NCBI GenBank assembly: GCA_964613815.1
Contig: CAZTKG010000003.1
Location: forward strand, 1 to 52,902
Length of the DNA stretch: 52,902 nt
Origin: an uncultured Gammaproteobacteria bacterium
GTDB lineage: Bacteria; Patescibacteriota; Patescibacteriia; UBA9934
Direction: 5' to 3'
Part shown: positions 18,625 to 27,303 of the stretch, in pieces
Numbering within the stretch: position 1 is the first letter of the stretch
How the letters are laid out: each line of letters starts with the position of its first letter
The notes under the pieces: model-generated
Told to the model about the DNA's origin: nothing
Databases searched by the model: none
Seen by the model: only the letters and a program-made list of their open reading frames with translations
Translations under genes and position numbers: made by a program

Positions 18625-20157
18625 ATGTTTCATACTATTACTGGTGAGAGCTTAACCATTGAACAAATCGCTGGGGTTGCTCGTAAAAAGGAGCGTATTG
18701 AGATTACGACATCTGCACTTGAGAAGGTTTCGCGTGCGCGAGCGTTTGTGGATGAATTGGTTGCCGGGGATGAGGTCGTTTATGGAATCACGACGGGATT
18801 TGGGCAATTTAAAAATGTAACGATTTCTCGCGATCAGGCTCGGGAATTGCAAGAAAACTTGATTCGATCGCATGCAACGGGAGTTGGCGAGCCACTTCCT
18901 GAGGACCAGGTTCGGGCGAGTATTCTTGTACGACTCAATAGCTTGCTTCGAGGGCATTCTGGGATTCGGCCAGTGGTCGCTGATCGGTTGGTTGATTTAC
19001 TGAATAAAGACGTTTATCCGTATGTGCCCTGCAAAGGATCTGTTGGGTCAAGTGGAGATCTTGCGCCGCTTTCGCATATCATTTTGGTTTTGATGGGCGA
19101 AGGCGAAGTTATTTTAAATGGTGTTCGCGTGCCGTCTGCGTCCGTCCTCGCACAGAAGCAGATTGAGCCCATTGCGCTCATGGCAAAGGAAGGGTTAGCG
19201 CTTAATAACGGGACGTCAGTACAGACCGGTATTGGGGCTTTAGCTGTCCATGATGCAGGGCGTTTGGCCACGGTTTTTGATATTAGTTTAGCGATGAGTT
19301 TAGAGGTCTTGATGGGGTCAGTAGCTGCGTATGATCCTCGTGTACACGCGCTTCGCCCTCATCCTGGACAGATTTCGGTTGCTGAAAACATTAGAAAACT
19401 AACTGCCGAATCTGAGATTGTTGCCTCTCATGAAGACTGCGATCGTATTCAAGATGCGTATTCGCTTCGGTGTGCGCCACAAGTGCATGGAGCCAGCCGA
19501 GATGCGATTCGACATGTTCGAGAAGTCATTACACGGGAGATCAACTCGGTTACGGACAACCCCCTGCTCTTCCCCGCTGATCGTGAGGCGATCAGTGCTG
19601 GGCACTTCCATGGCGAGCCAATTGCGCAAGTTATGGATTATTTGAAGATCGCGGTTTGTGAGTTAGCGAATATCTCGGAACGTCGTATTGCGCGGATCGT
19701 TGATCCGTCTCTTTCTGAGGGGTTGCCGGCGTTTTTGATTCCTGAGGAGCAAGCTGGAATCTCGTCTGGGTTTATGATCCCGCAATATGTGGCAGCAGCA
19801 CTTGTTTCGGAAAACAAGGTCTTAGCGCATCCGGCGTCTGTTGATTCGATCCCTACGTCCGCGAACCAGGAAGACCATGTGAGCATGGGGACGATTGCAG
19901 CTCGACAGGCTTATGAGATTACGCAAAACGCCTTGCAGGTTGCTGTCATCGAGCTTCTTTGCGGGGCGCAGGGAGTGGATTTTCGGAAGCCTCTAAAACC
20001 CGGACATGGTGTAGACGCTGCATATTCATGCATTCGGTCTCATGTCAGCAAGATGGAGCGGGACCGCATCCTGTATACTGACCTTGAAGCTATTTCCTCG
20101 CTAATCCCAGATGAACTTCTCGCTCAAGTAGAATCCTCGACTGGCCAACTTTTGTAG
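18625..20157 (+). CDS. hutH: histidine ammonia-lyase (MIO enzyme)
   Basis: YGITTGFG, LIRSH (His-selective SH), GSVGSSGDLAPL, KEGLALNNGT, QDAYSLRCAPQVHG, GHFHGEP, NQEDHVSMG. Confidence 0.92.
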   Translation: MFHTITGESLTIEQIAGVARKKERIEITTSALEKVSRARAFVDELVAGDEVVYGITTGFGQFKNVTISRDQARELQENLIRSHATGVGEPLPEDQVRASILVRLNSLLRGHSGIRPVVADRLVDLLNKDVYPYVPCKGSVGSSGDLAPLSHIILVLMGEGEVILNGVRVPSASVLAQKQIEPIALMAKEGLALNNGTSVQTGIGALAVHDAGRLATVFDISLAMSLEVLMGSVAAYDPRVHALRPHPGQISVAENIRKLTAESEIVASHEDCDRIQDAYSLRCAPQVHGASRDAIRHVREVITREINSVTDNPLLFPADREAISAGHFHGEPIAQVMDYLKIAVCELANISERRIARIVDPSLSEGLPAFLIPEEQAGISSGFMIPQYVAAALVSENKVLAHPASVDSIPTSANQEDHVSMGTIAARQAYEITQNALQVAVIELLCGAQGVDFRKPLKPGHGVDAAYSCIRSHVSKMERDRILYTDLEAISSLIPDELLAQVESSTGQLL

Positions 20158-20230
20158 CCAGTCTTGACCCCTCCTTAATAAATGTGACAAAATCGATCAC
20201 GCAAAGTGATCTTTCAAACTGGAGCTATTT

Positions 20231-21022
20231 ATGAGCACTGACCATGGCATTTCCCGTTCCGAAACCGACTACGTCGTGAACGCGGCCGGCGGGAACGGAA
20301 CCGCAATCCACCTGGTGGATACAGATCATGACCGCGCATGGTGTGAGCGCGAAGGCGTTGCACTCATGCAGGAGGAAAAAGATGTCGCAGAGCAGTGCGG
20401 CTTCCTCAATCCGCATACTGGTCATTTCGAGATGGCCGGTGGAGAGTTCTGCGGAAACGCAGCTCGTTCTGCGGCGATGATTCTGTCGCTTGTCCGTGAT
20501 GATGAAGACGAGATCGACTTCGATGTCTCCGGCTACGACGGCACCGTTCATGCCTCCGTGGATTGGCTCGATGGCCCTCGCGCACACGTTCGAGTGACTT
20601 TCGACAATCTGCCCGCAAAAGCTGTTCCTGTCGATGTGGAGGGGGCTGAGAACGCCTGGCTGGTTGATCTTGGCGGGATTGTACACGTCGTGGTCGAGGA
20701 TCGGTTCCCGGCGACGACGTTCCAAGAGCGGCACCGGAGCATCACCGAGAAGCTCGGCCTCGGCCAGCGCGGCTGCGTTGGCGTCTGCTGGCTCAAGCGC
20801 GGTGAAGACGGGCAGCCGGATCATATCGATCCTGTCGTCTGGGTTCGCAGTATCTCGTCGTTCTTCTACGAGTCCGCGTGTGGCTCTGGCAGCATCGCTG
20901 CTGAAGCCGTCACTCATCACTCAAGCATCGAACAGCCGTCCGGTGAGGTGATCTACGTTCACCGCCGCGGCAAGGCCGTTACCCTCCGTAGCGACATGGA
21001 GATCATCCGTGCACACTCGTAG
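20231..21022 (+). CDS. DapF-fold amino-acid racemase/epimerase, histidine racemase (CntK)-like
   Basis: GGNGT, EQCGF, MAGGEFCGNA, PVVWV...ESACGSG and EQPSG mirror the motifs I recall from S. aureus CntK (SGN, EQVGF, MSGNEFCGNA, ENSCGSG, HQPGG); both catalytic Cys present. Confidence 0.8.
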   Translation: MSTDHGISRSETDYVVNAAGGNGTAIHLVDTDHDRAWCEREGVALMQEEKDVAEQCGFLNPHTGHFEMAGGEFCGNAARSAAMILSLVRDDEDEIDFDVSGYDGTVHASVDWLDGPRAHVRVTFDNLPAKAVPVDVEGAENAWLVDLGGIVHVVVEDRFPATTFQERHRSITEKLGLGQRGCVGVCWLKRGEDGQPDHIDPVVWVRSISSFFYESACGSGSIAAEAVTHHSSIEQPSGEVIYVHRRGKAVTLRSDMEIIRAHS

Positions 21023-21584
21023 CCCACTGCCCATTCGACGCGTCACCGATGTCGATGATCCCGCTCGTGATGGATTCATCGATGTGTACAAAGAGGCCTT
21101 TGGTGGCCCTCCGTACAACGAAGATCAGCCCCGTGATTGGGTCCGTGAGCACGTGTGGGGTTTGCATGTTTCTCATTGCCTGTTCGTCTGCGAAGACACT
21201 GACGGCTCTGTGATCGGCATGTCTTGCGCGCTTCCCGTGCTTGCGCCGGGAGCTGAGGCGTGCGGAAACTTCCTCTCTGGCTGCAGCGGGATCCCGTTTG
21301 ATTTGAGGGATGCAATCTATATGTCTGAAGTTGGCGTCGCTGTGCGCGCTCGTCGACGTGGACTTGGTACTCGTCTCATCCGCGCTCGGATTGCCTGGGG
21401 TCTCGAGAACGACTTTGGACACTTCGTGATGCGTACCGCGAGTGCAGGATCTCATTCTGCCGGCATCTACCTTCGCATGGGATGCACACAACTCCCCCAT
21501 GTGCAGAACGTTGGCGGCGAAGACGTCGCTTCAGCGAGTAGTCATCGCATCTATATCTTTGGCCCGACCAGCTTGGCGGCCTAG
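21009..21584 (+). CDS. GNAT family N-acetyltransferase
   Basis: YMSEVGVAVRARRRGLGTRL acetyl-CoA motif A; GIYLRMGC motif B. Confidence 0.85.
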   Translation: MHTRSPLPIRRVTDVDDPARDGFIDVYKEAFGGPPYNEDQPRDWVREHVWGLHVSHCLFVCEDTDGSVIGMSCALPVLAPGAEACGNFLSGCSGIPFDLRDAIYMSEVGVAVRARRRGLGTRLIRARIAWGLENDFGHFVMRTASAGSHSAGIYLRMGCTQLPHVQNVGGEDVASASSHRIYIFGPTSLAA

Positions 21585-21606
21585 ATACGAGCTTCGGCTC
21601 GTTTTT

Positions 21607-22260
21607 TTATCGGTAAATTTTGTCGTAAATTGCCTTTGCCTTTTTGTAATACCAGGCCCACTCTTTATCTCCGTAAGAAAAATGCCACCATTCATAGTCA
21701 AAAGGAGCGAATCCTTGTTTCATGAGCAGCTCTCTTAGAATGGTCCTATTTTCCTTTTGTACCTCGCCTACATCCTTCGCAAAGAACTGAATCTTTTTCG
21801 TATTTGAGAAATCTCCGACTCCTGTCCCCATGTCAATTTCCTTGCCGTTTATTGCTATTGTAATGTCTATTGCGCCTCCCGTGATGTGCCCCGCAACATC
21901 TGGAGATGCGGAAAGTAAATGAGCTGTCTTTACGAGGTCTTTTTCCGGCACTCCCTGCTTCCGAAATTCTTCAACTCGCTTGTTGAAATACATCTCTTGA
22001 ACGTCCGGATGCCTGTATGAATAAGCCAAGTCTAGCTGTGCCTCTGGCATGAGTTTAATTAACTCTTTTGCTGCTTTTTTAAGCATTTTTGCCACTTTTT
22101 TCCGAATCAAAAAGTCTTCACCGATCCGCGATATCATGTCTTTTTTTCTGTAATTACATGCGATTTCTGGTGCGAACTCTTGAACTACAACCAATTCTTC
22201 CCCACATTCTGTCGTTGGGATATCAACCAGATCTTTATATTGCGCGAATCTTGGCTCCAT
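21607..22260 (-). CDS. M15D D-alanyl-D-alanine dipeptidase-like (VanX/DdpX family)
   Basis: SYRHPDVQ, GHITGGAID, DMGT, YEWWHFSYGD; visibly AT-rich compared with the flanks. Confidence 0.88.
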   Translation of the reverse strand: MEPRFAQYKDLVDIPTTECGEELVVVQEFAPEIACNYRKKDMISRIGEDFLIRKKVAKMLKKAAKELIKLMPEAQLDLAYSYRHPDVQEMYFNKRVEEFRKQGVPEKDLVKTAHLLSASPDVAGHITGGAIDITIAINGKEIDMGTGVGDFSNTKKIQFFAKDVGEVQKENRTILRELLMKQGFAPFDYEWWHFSYGDKEWAWYYKKAKAIYDKIYR

Positions 22261-22327
22261 ATATTCTTCGTATTGACTTTCATCTTAGCCCCTGTAATCT
22301 ATTAGTGCAACTTTTTTTGGAGGAAAG

Positions 22328-22896
22328 ATGTCTCTTCCTGACGGTATCTTGATTCGTCGCGTGACGGATCCGAGGGACCCTGCACGTGCGGGGTTTGTAC
22401 GTCTGTATCGCGAGGCGTTTGCGGCAGCTCCCTATCATGAGAGCTGGACTGTCGACGAGGTTCGCGGGACTTGGGCAACGTATGTTCCGCATGGCTTGTT
22501 CGTTGCGGAAGATGCGGATGGTGAGGTGATCGGGTTTGGGTGTGTGAAGCCGCTTCAGATCGGTGATGAACCGTCCACGTCCGTGCAGTACATGATCGAT
22601 CACCATGACGGCACGCTGCCGTTTGATCCGACGTCAACGGCGCACATGGGCGACGTTGCAGTGGATGCGATGACGCGCGGACTTGGGATCGGGACGGCGC
22701 TTGTACGTGCGCGGCTTCGGTGGGCGCATGACGAAGGGTTTGACTGCAGACCGCTCATGAAGGGTCGCATTCTGCGGGGATCTACCGTCGACTTGGGTGC
22801 CAAGAGCTGCCGGTGCGGATTCCGACGAGCATCTACAACAAGCCTTCGGCGAATACGCACAACATTGTTCTTTGGCGCCTGGTCTGCCCGTTCTAA
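22328..22896 (+). pseudogene. GNAT family N-acetyltransferase paralog with a frameshift near 22745-22750
   Basis: N-terminus is paralogous to 21009..21584 (IRRVTD..DPAR.GF..Y.EAF...PY). The conserved tail TAHEGSHSAGIYRRLGCQELP is in another frame that ends at TAA 22894-22896. Confidence 0.75.
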
Positions 22897-22967
22897 GACC
22901 TTCAATCACGAAACTTCTCGTGATTTTTTTGTATAAAAAGGCCCTCCTTGTGGGAGGACGTGTGCTT

Positions 22968-24212
22968 CTAGGCCGCGAAGCGATTGAGGAGCTCGATGAG
23001 GCCGTCGCGGTAGGCGACAAGACTGTCAAGGTCGACCCATTCGTCTGGGCTGTGAGCGTTTCCGTTCATGGGCGCCATACAAATTGCTGTTGCGTCTGGA
23101 CACTTCGATGCCAGCATAGCGATGTCGATGTAGCCGAAGTCATGCGGACTCACACGTGCGCCGCCGTGTACAGCTTCGGTAGCCGAAGTGATGTCGTCAG
23201 GAGCGCCATCTGGAGATATATAGTGGTCATGAGCGAAGCGCTCTACGAAAAGCTCGATCCTGCATGTATGCAAGCCGCCCTTCTTCACGTGCTGCTCGTT
23301 CCACCTCGCAACCGCCTCTTCTACTACTTTACGCACAGCGATCATGCTGACGTGTGGACCTCCGGGACGGATATCAACGCGCGCCCAAGCTGCATTCGGG
23401 ATCTTATTCGCCTTGAACCCCACGTTCGGGATTGGCGCCTCGAGATCCTTGACGTCGTCGACCTTGACTGGGATCTCTGCCCCAGGTTCAAGCGAGCCAG
23501 CCTTGATAGCAGCCACATTGCAGGAAGTCGGGATATCCCCACCTGCATTCTCGCAGAAATCCTGCAAGGCCCTCACCGTCTCACACATTGCGAAAACGGC
23601 GTTCGCCCCCTCGTGTTGACGGGCCGCGTGACCACTGTTGCCTGCGATGACGAAGTCGAACTCCATACATCCGCGGCATGATCTGAGAATCTTGGCCTTT
23701 GCGCCGCAGACGCTCAGCATCTGTTGCGGACGAATCTCAGGATGATCCCGAACAAAGGCCTCCATGCCCTTGAACAACGTCTCTTCATCACTGTAGAAAA
23801 GTAGCGCGACCCTGTCGGTCCTCCCTGCTCGGCGAACGGCATCCAGGATACCTGCGATACCACCCTTTGCATCACTGGCGCCGAGAGCGTAGTAGCGTCC
23901 GTTCTGAATGACGTGCTCCTCTACCGTCCAACCACTTGACGGCTCGACCGTGTCGAGGTGTCCAATGATGAGGAGCTCAACCTCCTTCTCTGAGCCACTG
24001 AGAGCGAGTAGATTTGGGCGCTGGACCTCCCCGTCTTGAATGTTCTCGATACTGACCTGAAGCCATGGCGCGTGCTCTTCGAGATAGAGCTTGATCGCGA
24101 TGGCAAATTCATGTTCACTTGCCTTGTCTTTTTTCCAGAAGCTCGGGATGCGACAGAGTGCATCGACAAGCTGGATGACAGATTCGGAATGAATGGCTTG
24201 GCTATGCGTCAT
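22968..24212 (-). CDS. M20 family metallopeptidase/deacylase (ArgE/DapE-like)
   Basis: GHLDTV, GASDAKGG, SDEE, GHAA, AHSPDEW; start placed at ATG 24212. Confidence 0.88.
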   Translation of the reverse strand: MTHSQAIHSESVIQLVDALCRIPSFWKKDKASEHEFAIAIKLYLEEHAPWLQVSIENIQDGEVQRPNLLALSGSEKEVELLIIGHLDTVEPSSGWTVEEHVIQNGRYYALGASDAKGGIAGILDAVRRAGRTDRVALLFYSDEETLFKGMEAFVRDHPEIRPQQMLSVCGAKAKILRSCRGCMEFDFVIAGNSGHAARQHEGANAVFAMCETVRALQDFCENAGGDIPTSCNVAAIKAGSLEPGAEIPVKVDDVKDLEAPIPNVGFKANKIPNAAWARVDIRPGGPHVSMIAVRKVVEEAVARWNEQHVKKGGLHTCRIELFVERFAHDHYISPDGAPDDITSATEAVHGGARVSPHDFGYIDIAMLASKCPDATAICMAPMNGNAHSPDEWVDLDSLVAYRDGLIELLNRFAA

Positions 24213-24314
24213 AGATCTTCTCTTGTGAAAGGTGCGCCTAGATCTTACCTGAAATTGATCGTAAAACAAGAAATATGTCAACAGCAAAAAACCCCCTCGT
24301 AAGAGGGAGTCTTT

Positions 24315-24391
24315 TGGAGCCGATGAGCGGATTCGAACCGCTGACCTGCTGTTTACAAAACAGCTGCTCTAACCAGCTGAGCTACATCGGC
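24315..24391 (-). tRNA. trnT: tRNA-Thr (TGT)
   Basis: GCCGATGTAGCTCAGCTGGTTAGAGCAGCTGTTTTGTAAACAGCAGGTCAGCGGTTCGAATCCGCTCATCGGCTCCA. Confidence 0.96.
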
Positions 24392-24400
24392 AGGCTTGTT

Positions 24401-24462
24401 AAAATGCCTTGAGATCGTTCCGTGCCTCCGGTCCTCGTCCCGAAACGATCTCAAGGCATTTT
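24401..24462. repeat. hairpin element, short copy (19-bp inverted arms)
   Basis: AAAATGCCTTGAGATCGTT ... AACGATCTCAAGGCATTTT; the loop contains CTCCGGTCCTCG, shared with 39334..39439. Confidence 0.85.
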
Positions 24463-24554
24463 TCCTGCGCCTGCCCCGAGGCGATTAAATACACTGAGAT
24501 CGTTCCGTTTCTGGATACATTGGCAAAAAAACAGCTAGCAAGACAGGCGCCGGA

Positions 24555-24653
24555 AAAATGCTCTGTCATCGTATTTCTTTCGAGCACCGCAGTAAGACGT
24601 ACTAAATGTACGTCGTCGAGGAGCGCAGAAAAAATACGATGACAGAGCATTTT
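24555..24653. repeat. hairpin element, long copy (22-bp inverted arms)
   Basis: AAAATGCTCTGTCATCGTATTT ... AAATACGATGACAGAGCATTTT, with an internal ACGTAC/GTACGT stem. Confidence 0.85.
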
Positions 24654-24663
24654 ACCAAGCCTG

Positions 24664-24749
24664 TGGTGGGCCGGGACGGATTCGAACCGCCGAAGGCGAA
24701 TGCCAGCAGGTTTACAGCCTGCCCCGTTTGACCGCTTCGGTACCGACCC
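24664..24749 (-). tRNA. trnY: tRNA-Tyr (GTA)
   Basis: GGGTCGGTACCGAAGCGGTCAAACGGGGCAGGCTGTAAACCTGCTGGCATTCGCCTTCGGCGGTTCGAATCCGTCCCGGCCCACCA; long variable arm. Confidence 0.96.
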
Positions 24750-24821
24750 CTTTTTGATTGAGCGTGGGGGCAGTGTACAAAATCTTCCAAAGATCGTCAA
24801 CAAAAATACCGCCCCCTTTTA

Positions 24822-25619
24822 TCAGGAGCGGGAATTGCGGATTTCGTCGATCTGCTGTGCGTATTCCTTGCGGATGAAGCGGTCGTAGACAGCGGTCCAA
24901 GCTTCGGGGAGGCGCATATCGCGGTAGCGGTCGCTCTCGTAAAAGCTATGGAGCAGGACGGGCTGTCGGACACTGACAAGGATGCGCATGAACATGTCTG
25001 GCGACATGGCGATACAGAGCTGTACTGCATCTTCCATGAGACGCGTCGCGATCCTTGGGCTACGATCGTGGATCGCGGCTGCTGTGTAGATCATGCGCGA
25101 CATCGCGCGAAGGATGGTGAGGGTGCGGAACTCTGCGATCCTGCAGACGGCAGCGATCTGATCTTCTTTACTGAAGAACTCCATGTCGACCGCTTCACCG
25201 TCGTCGCCTTCGATGACGAGAACACCGGCTCCCATGAAGCGCTGAGGGCCTCGATTGAGGGCAAACTCGTCGCTTGCCGGATCTACACCAGCAAAGCGGA
25301 GCCACCTTGTCGCGAGTGCGTAGTGCATCCCTGTACTCCTCGTTGGCGCTCTGGCGATAGCGCGGAGAATCTTCTCGATGTCCTCGCTCTCGATCACCTG
25401 CTCGGTGATTTCTGACACGCTCCGCTCTGCGAGTGCCTCGCGCCTTACGATGGCAATGCGGTCGATGTGCCAGATGATGGCGAGGAAGATTGCTTCGGCG
25501 CAGACGAGACCGAGCGTGATGATGGAGAGATCCATCTTCTTGTTGTGGATACTGTAGCCTGCAGAGCCGATGATGCCAAGGAAGAGGAGGATACAGATGA
25601 TGACGATGATTTTGCGCAT
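24822..25619 (-). CDS. two-TM hypothetical protein, paralog array member 1
   Basis: Two N-terminal TM helices joined by NKKMDLSII; C-terminal LCIAMSPDMF...LPEAW. Confidence 0.75.
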   Translation of the reverse strand: MRKIIVIICILLFLGIIGSAGYSIHNKKMDLSIITLGLVCAEAIFLAIIWHIDRIAIVRREALAERSVSEITEQVIESEDIEKILRAIARAPTRSTGMHYALATRWLRFAGVDPASDEFALNRGPQRFMGAGVLVIEGDDGEAVDMEFFSKEDQIAAVCRIAEFRTLTILRAMSRMIYTAAAIHDRSPRIATRLMEDAVQLCIAMSPDMFMRILVSVRQPVLLHSFYESDRYRDMRLPEAWTAVYDRFIRKEYAQQIDEIRNSRS

Positions 25620-25723
25620 TTCTGCTCCTAATGAAAGAAAAGAACTGGTTTATTTAACAGTATTGTGGAATTTTGTCAATTGAATAAAAAATCCTACGCC
25701 TTCTTGGGCGTAGGTGCTGCAGG

Positions 25724-26425
25724 CTACGGGGCCTGCTGCTTGCTGCGGTAGCTCTGGGCGACCTTTGTGATCATGCTCGACCAAGGTTCGCCAATCTTCG
25801 TGACCGTGTTGATGCGCTTGACCTCGAGGAGATCCAGCGCTGCCTGTAGCGGGGCACTTGCCTCGATGAAGACCTCGAGCTGGCCGGGAGCAATGAGGCG
25901 ACCGGTCATGAGGAGGTCCATCGCGATGTCCATGACCTTACCCTCAGACGCAGGCGTGGCTTGCGCTGCCTGGGTCCAGGTTGCGACCTCGGCTTCGATC
26001 TCGCTCTTGAGTTCCGTCATCCGCTTGAAGACGAGCTGCGTGTGACCGAGGGAGAGGTCTGCCATGCGGTCCAGGACCGAGACCATGAAGTCGACGCTGC
26101 GAGGCCACTCGATCCGCGGCGGGCGGTCGAACTGACCGCTCATGAGGGAGGCGATCTGAGCGTAGCTGCCGTCCTTGCCGGGCGATGCGGTCGCGACGGC
26201 CATGATGAGCTCTTCGGCCTTCTTGACGACAGTCATCGCGCGGCTCTCGAGTGCGTTCGCCCAGATGATCTCGATGATTCCTGAGACCGACGTGAGGGAG
26301 AACAGGAGGAGCGTCAGCTTGGCGACACTGCCCTTGTTGTCGATGTCGTAGCTGAGCGTGAGCGCGGTGAGAGAGGCGCAGACGACGAGAATTGCCCTGT
26401 TTGCCAGGCGAAGTTTGTTTGACAT
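25724..26425 (-). CDS. two-TM hypothetical protein, probable paralog array member 2 (most divergent)
   Basis: Two N-terminal TM helices with an NKG loop; C-terminal LIAPGQL...IGEPW; start placed at ATG 26425. Confidence 0.7.
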   Translation of the reverse strand: MSNKLRLANRAILVVCASLTALTLSYDIDNKGSVAKLTLLLFSLTSVSGIIEIIWANALESRAMTVVKKAEELIMAVATASPGKDGSYAQIASLMSGQFDRPPRIEWPRSVDFMVSVLDRMADLSLGHTQLVFKRMTELKSEIEAEVATWTQAAQATPASEGKVMDIAMDLLMTGRLIAPGQLEVFIEASAPLQAALDLLEVKRINTVTKIGEPWSSMITKVAQSYRSKQQAP

Positions 26426-26457
26426 GCAAGACTCCTGTGGAAGGTGCGTTGGGCCTG

Positions 26458-26486
26458 AAGTTAGCATTTTTTGTGGTTTTTGTCAA
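26458..26486 (-). promoter_or_regulatory. sigma70-type promoter
   Basis: TTGACA-N17(ending TGC)-TAACTT upstream of ATG 26425. Confidence 0.6.
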
Positions 26487-26536
26487 GGTTTTTGCGCGCG
26501 CAGCAAAGAAAAAAACCCCCTTGACGGAGGTGTGGT

Positions 26537-27193
26537 CTAGCTCTGTAGTGCCCTGAGCCAGACATAATGTAGCTCCATATGCCTCTGACTCACGAGCCAT
26601 GCAACGACGCGCTGTGTAGGCTCATCTGCCGATCGGACGATCTGAGCGAAGCTTGCCGGAGACACCATTCGGGACACGTGCTTGATTCGAATGGCTGCAG
26701 ACGCGATTTTTACGGAGTCTTCTGACGACAAATCCGCCGTCTCGTGACCCGCAAGGCCTTCGATCGTGCTGCACTCGTAACGAATTGCGGACGCCACCTG
26801 TCGCATGGTGTTCTGCAGGATTGTACGAAGAACACGGGATGAAGAGTCCGCGTTCTGAAATCCTTGCTGGGCCAGCGAGACGTGGAGGTGCTCTACATCC
26901 ATGGCTCCGATCGAGAGCCTCCCCTCCATGTAGGCGGTGAGAAGCGGGAAGACCAGCATGGCATCTGGATCGTTGATCCTGGGCGCAGACCTATCTGCCC
27001 CGATCTTCTTCTTGTTTCTATAGCGCGTGACCGCCTTGCTGACCACGACGACGCCGAGAGCGCCGATGACCACGATCGCCATGTCGTGCTTCTTGCTGAC
27101 GAGACTGATGGTGAGCGAGACGATCGTAGTGGCGTAGGCGAGCCATTCGACCCAACGCTGGGCGCGGATGAAGAATGCTTTGATGCGGCTCAT
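26537..27193 (-). CDS. two-TM hypothetical protein, paralog array member 3
   Basis: Two TM helices joined by SKKHDMAIV; C-terminal VSRMVSPASF...LHYVW. Confidence 0.75.
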   Translation of the reverse strand: MSRIKAFFIRAQRWVEWLAYATTIVSLTISLVSKKHDMAIVVIGALGVVVVSKAVTRYRNKKKIGADRSAPRINDPDAMLVFPLLTAYMEGRLSIGAMDVEHLHVSLAQQGFQNADSSSRVLRTILQNTMRQVASAIRYECSTIEGLAGHETADLSSEDSVKIASAAIRIKHVSRMVSPASFAQIVRSADEPTQRVVAWLVSQRHMELHYVWLRALQS

Positions 27194-27237
27194 CTGTATC
27201 TCCGTTGAAGGTGCGTTTCTCTTTTAGAAGAGGTCTG

Positions 27238-27266
27238 ACGTTAGCATTTTTCTTCATTACTGTCAA
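27238..27266 (-). promoter_or_regulatory. sigma70-type promoter
   Basis: TTGACA-N17(ending TGC)-TAACGT. Confidence 0.6.
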
Positions 27267-27303
27267 GGTCTTTGCCTATAAAAAAGAACCAGCTCTTGCT
27301 GGC

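Noticed and set aside
17402-18655. 417-aa plus-strand ORF
   Set aside because: Shadow ORF antisense to hisS, explained by GC-rich codon bias.
20231-21022. Staphylopine/pseudopaline-type metallophore cluster
   Set aside because: No nicotianamine-synthase-like or opine dehydrogenase gene and no Cnt transporter in the window.
21607-22260. Vancomycin resistance locus
   Set aside because: A lone M15D dipeptidase with no vanH, vanA/B, vanR or vanS.
22797-23681. 294-aa plus-strand ORF
   Set aside because: Antisense shadow of the M20 peptidase; no motifs.
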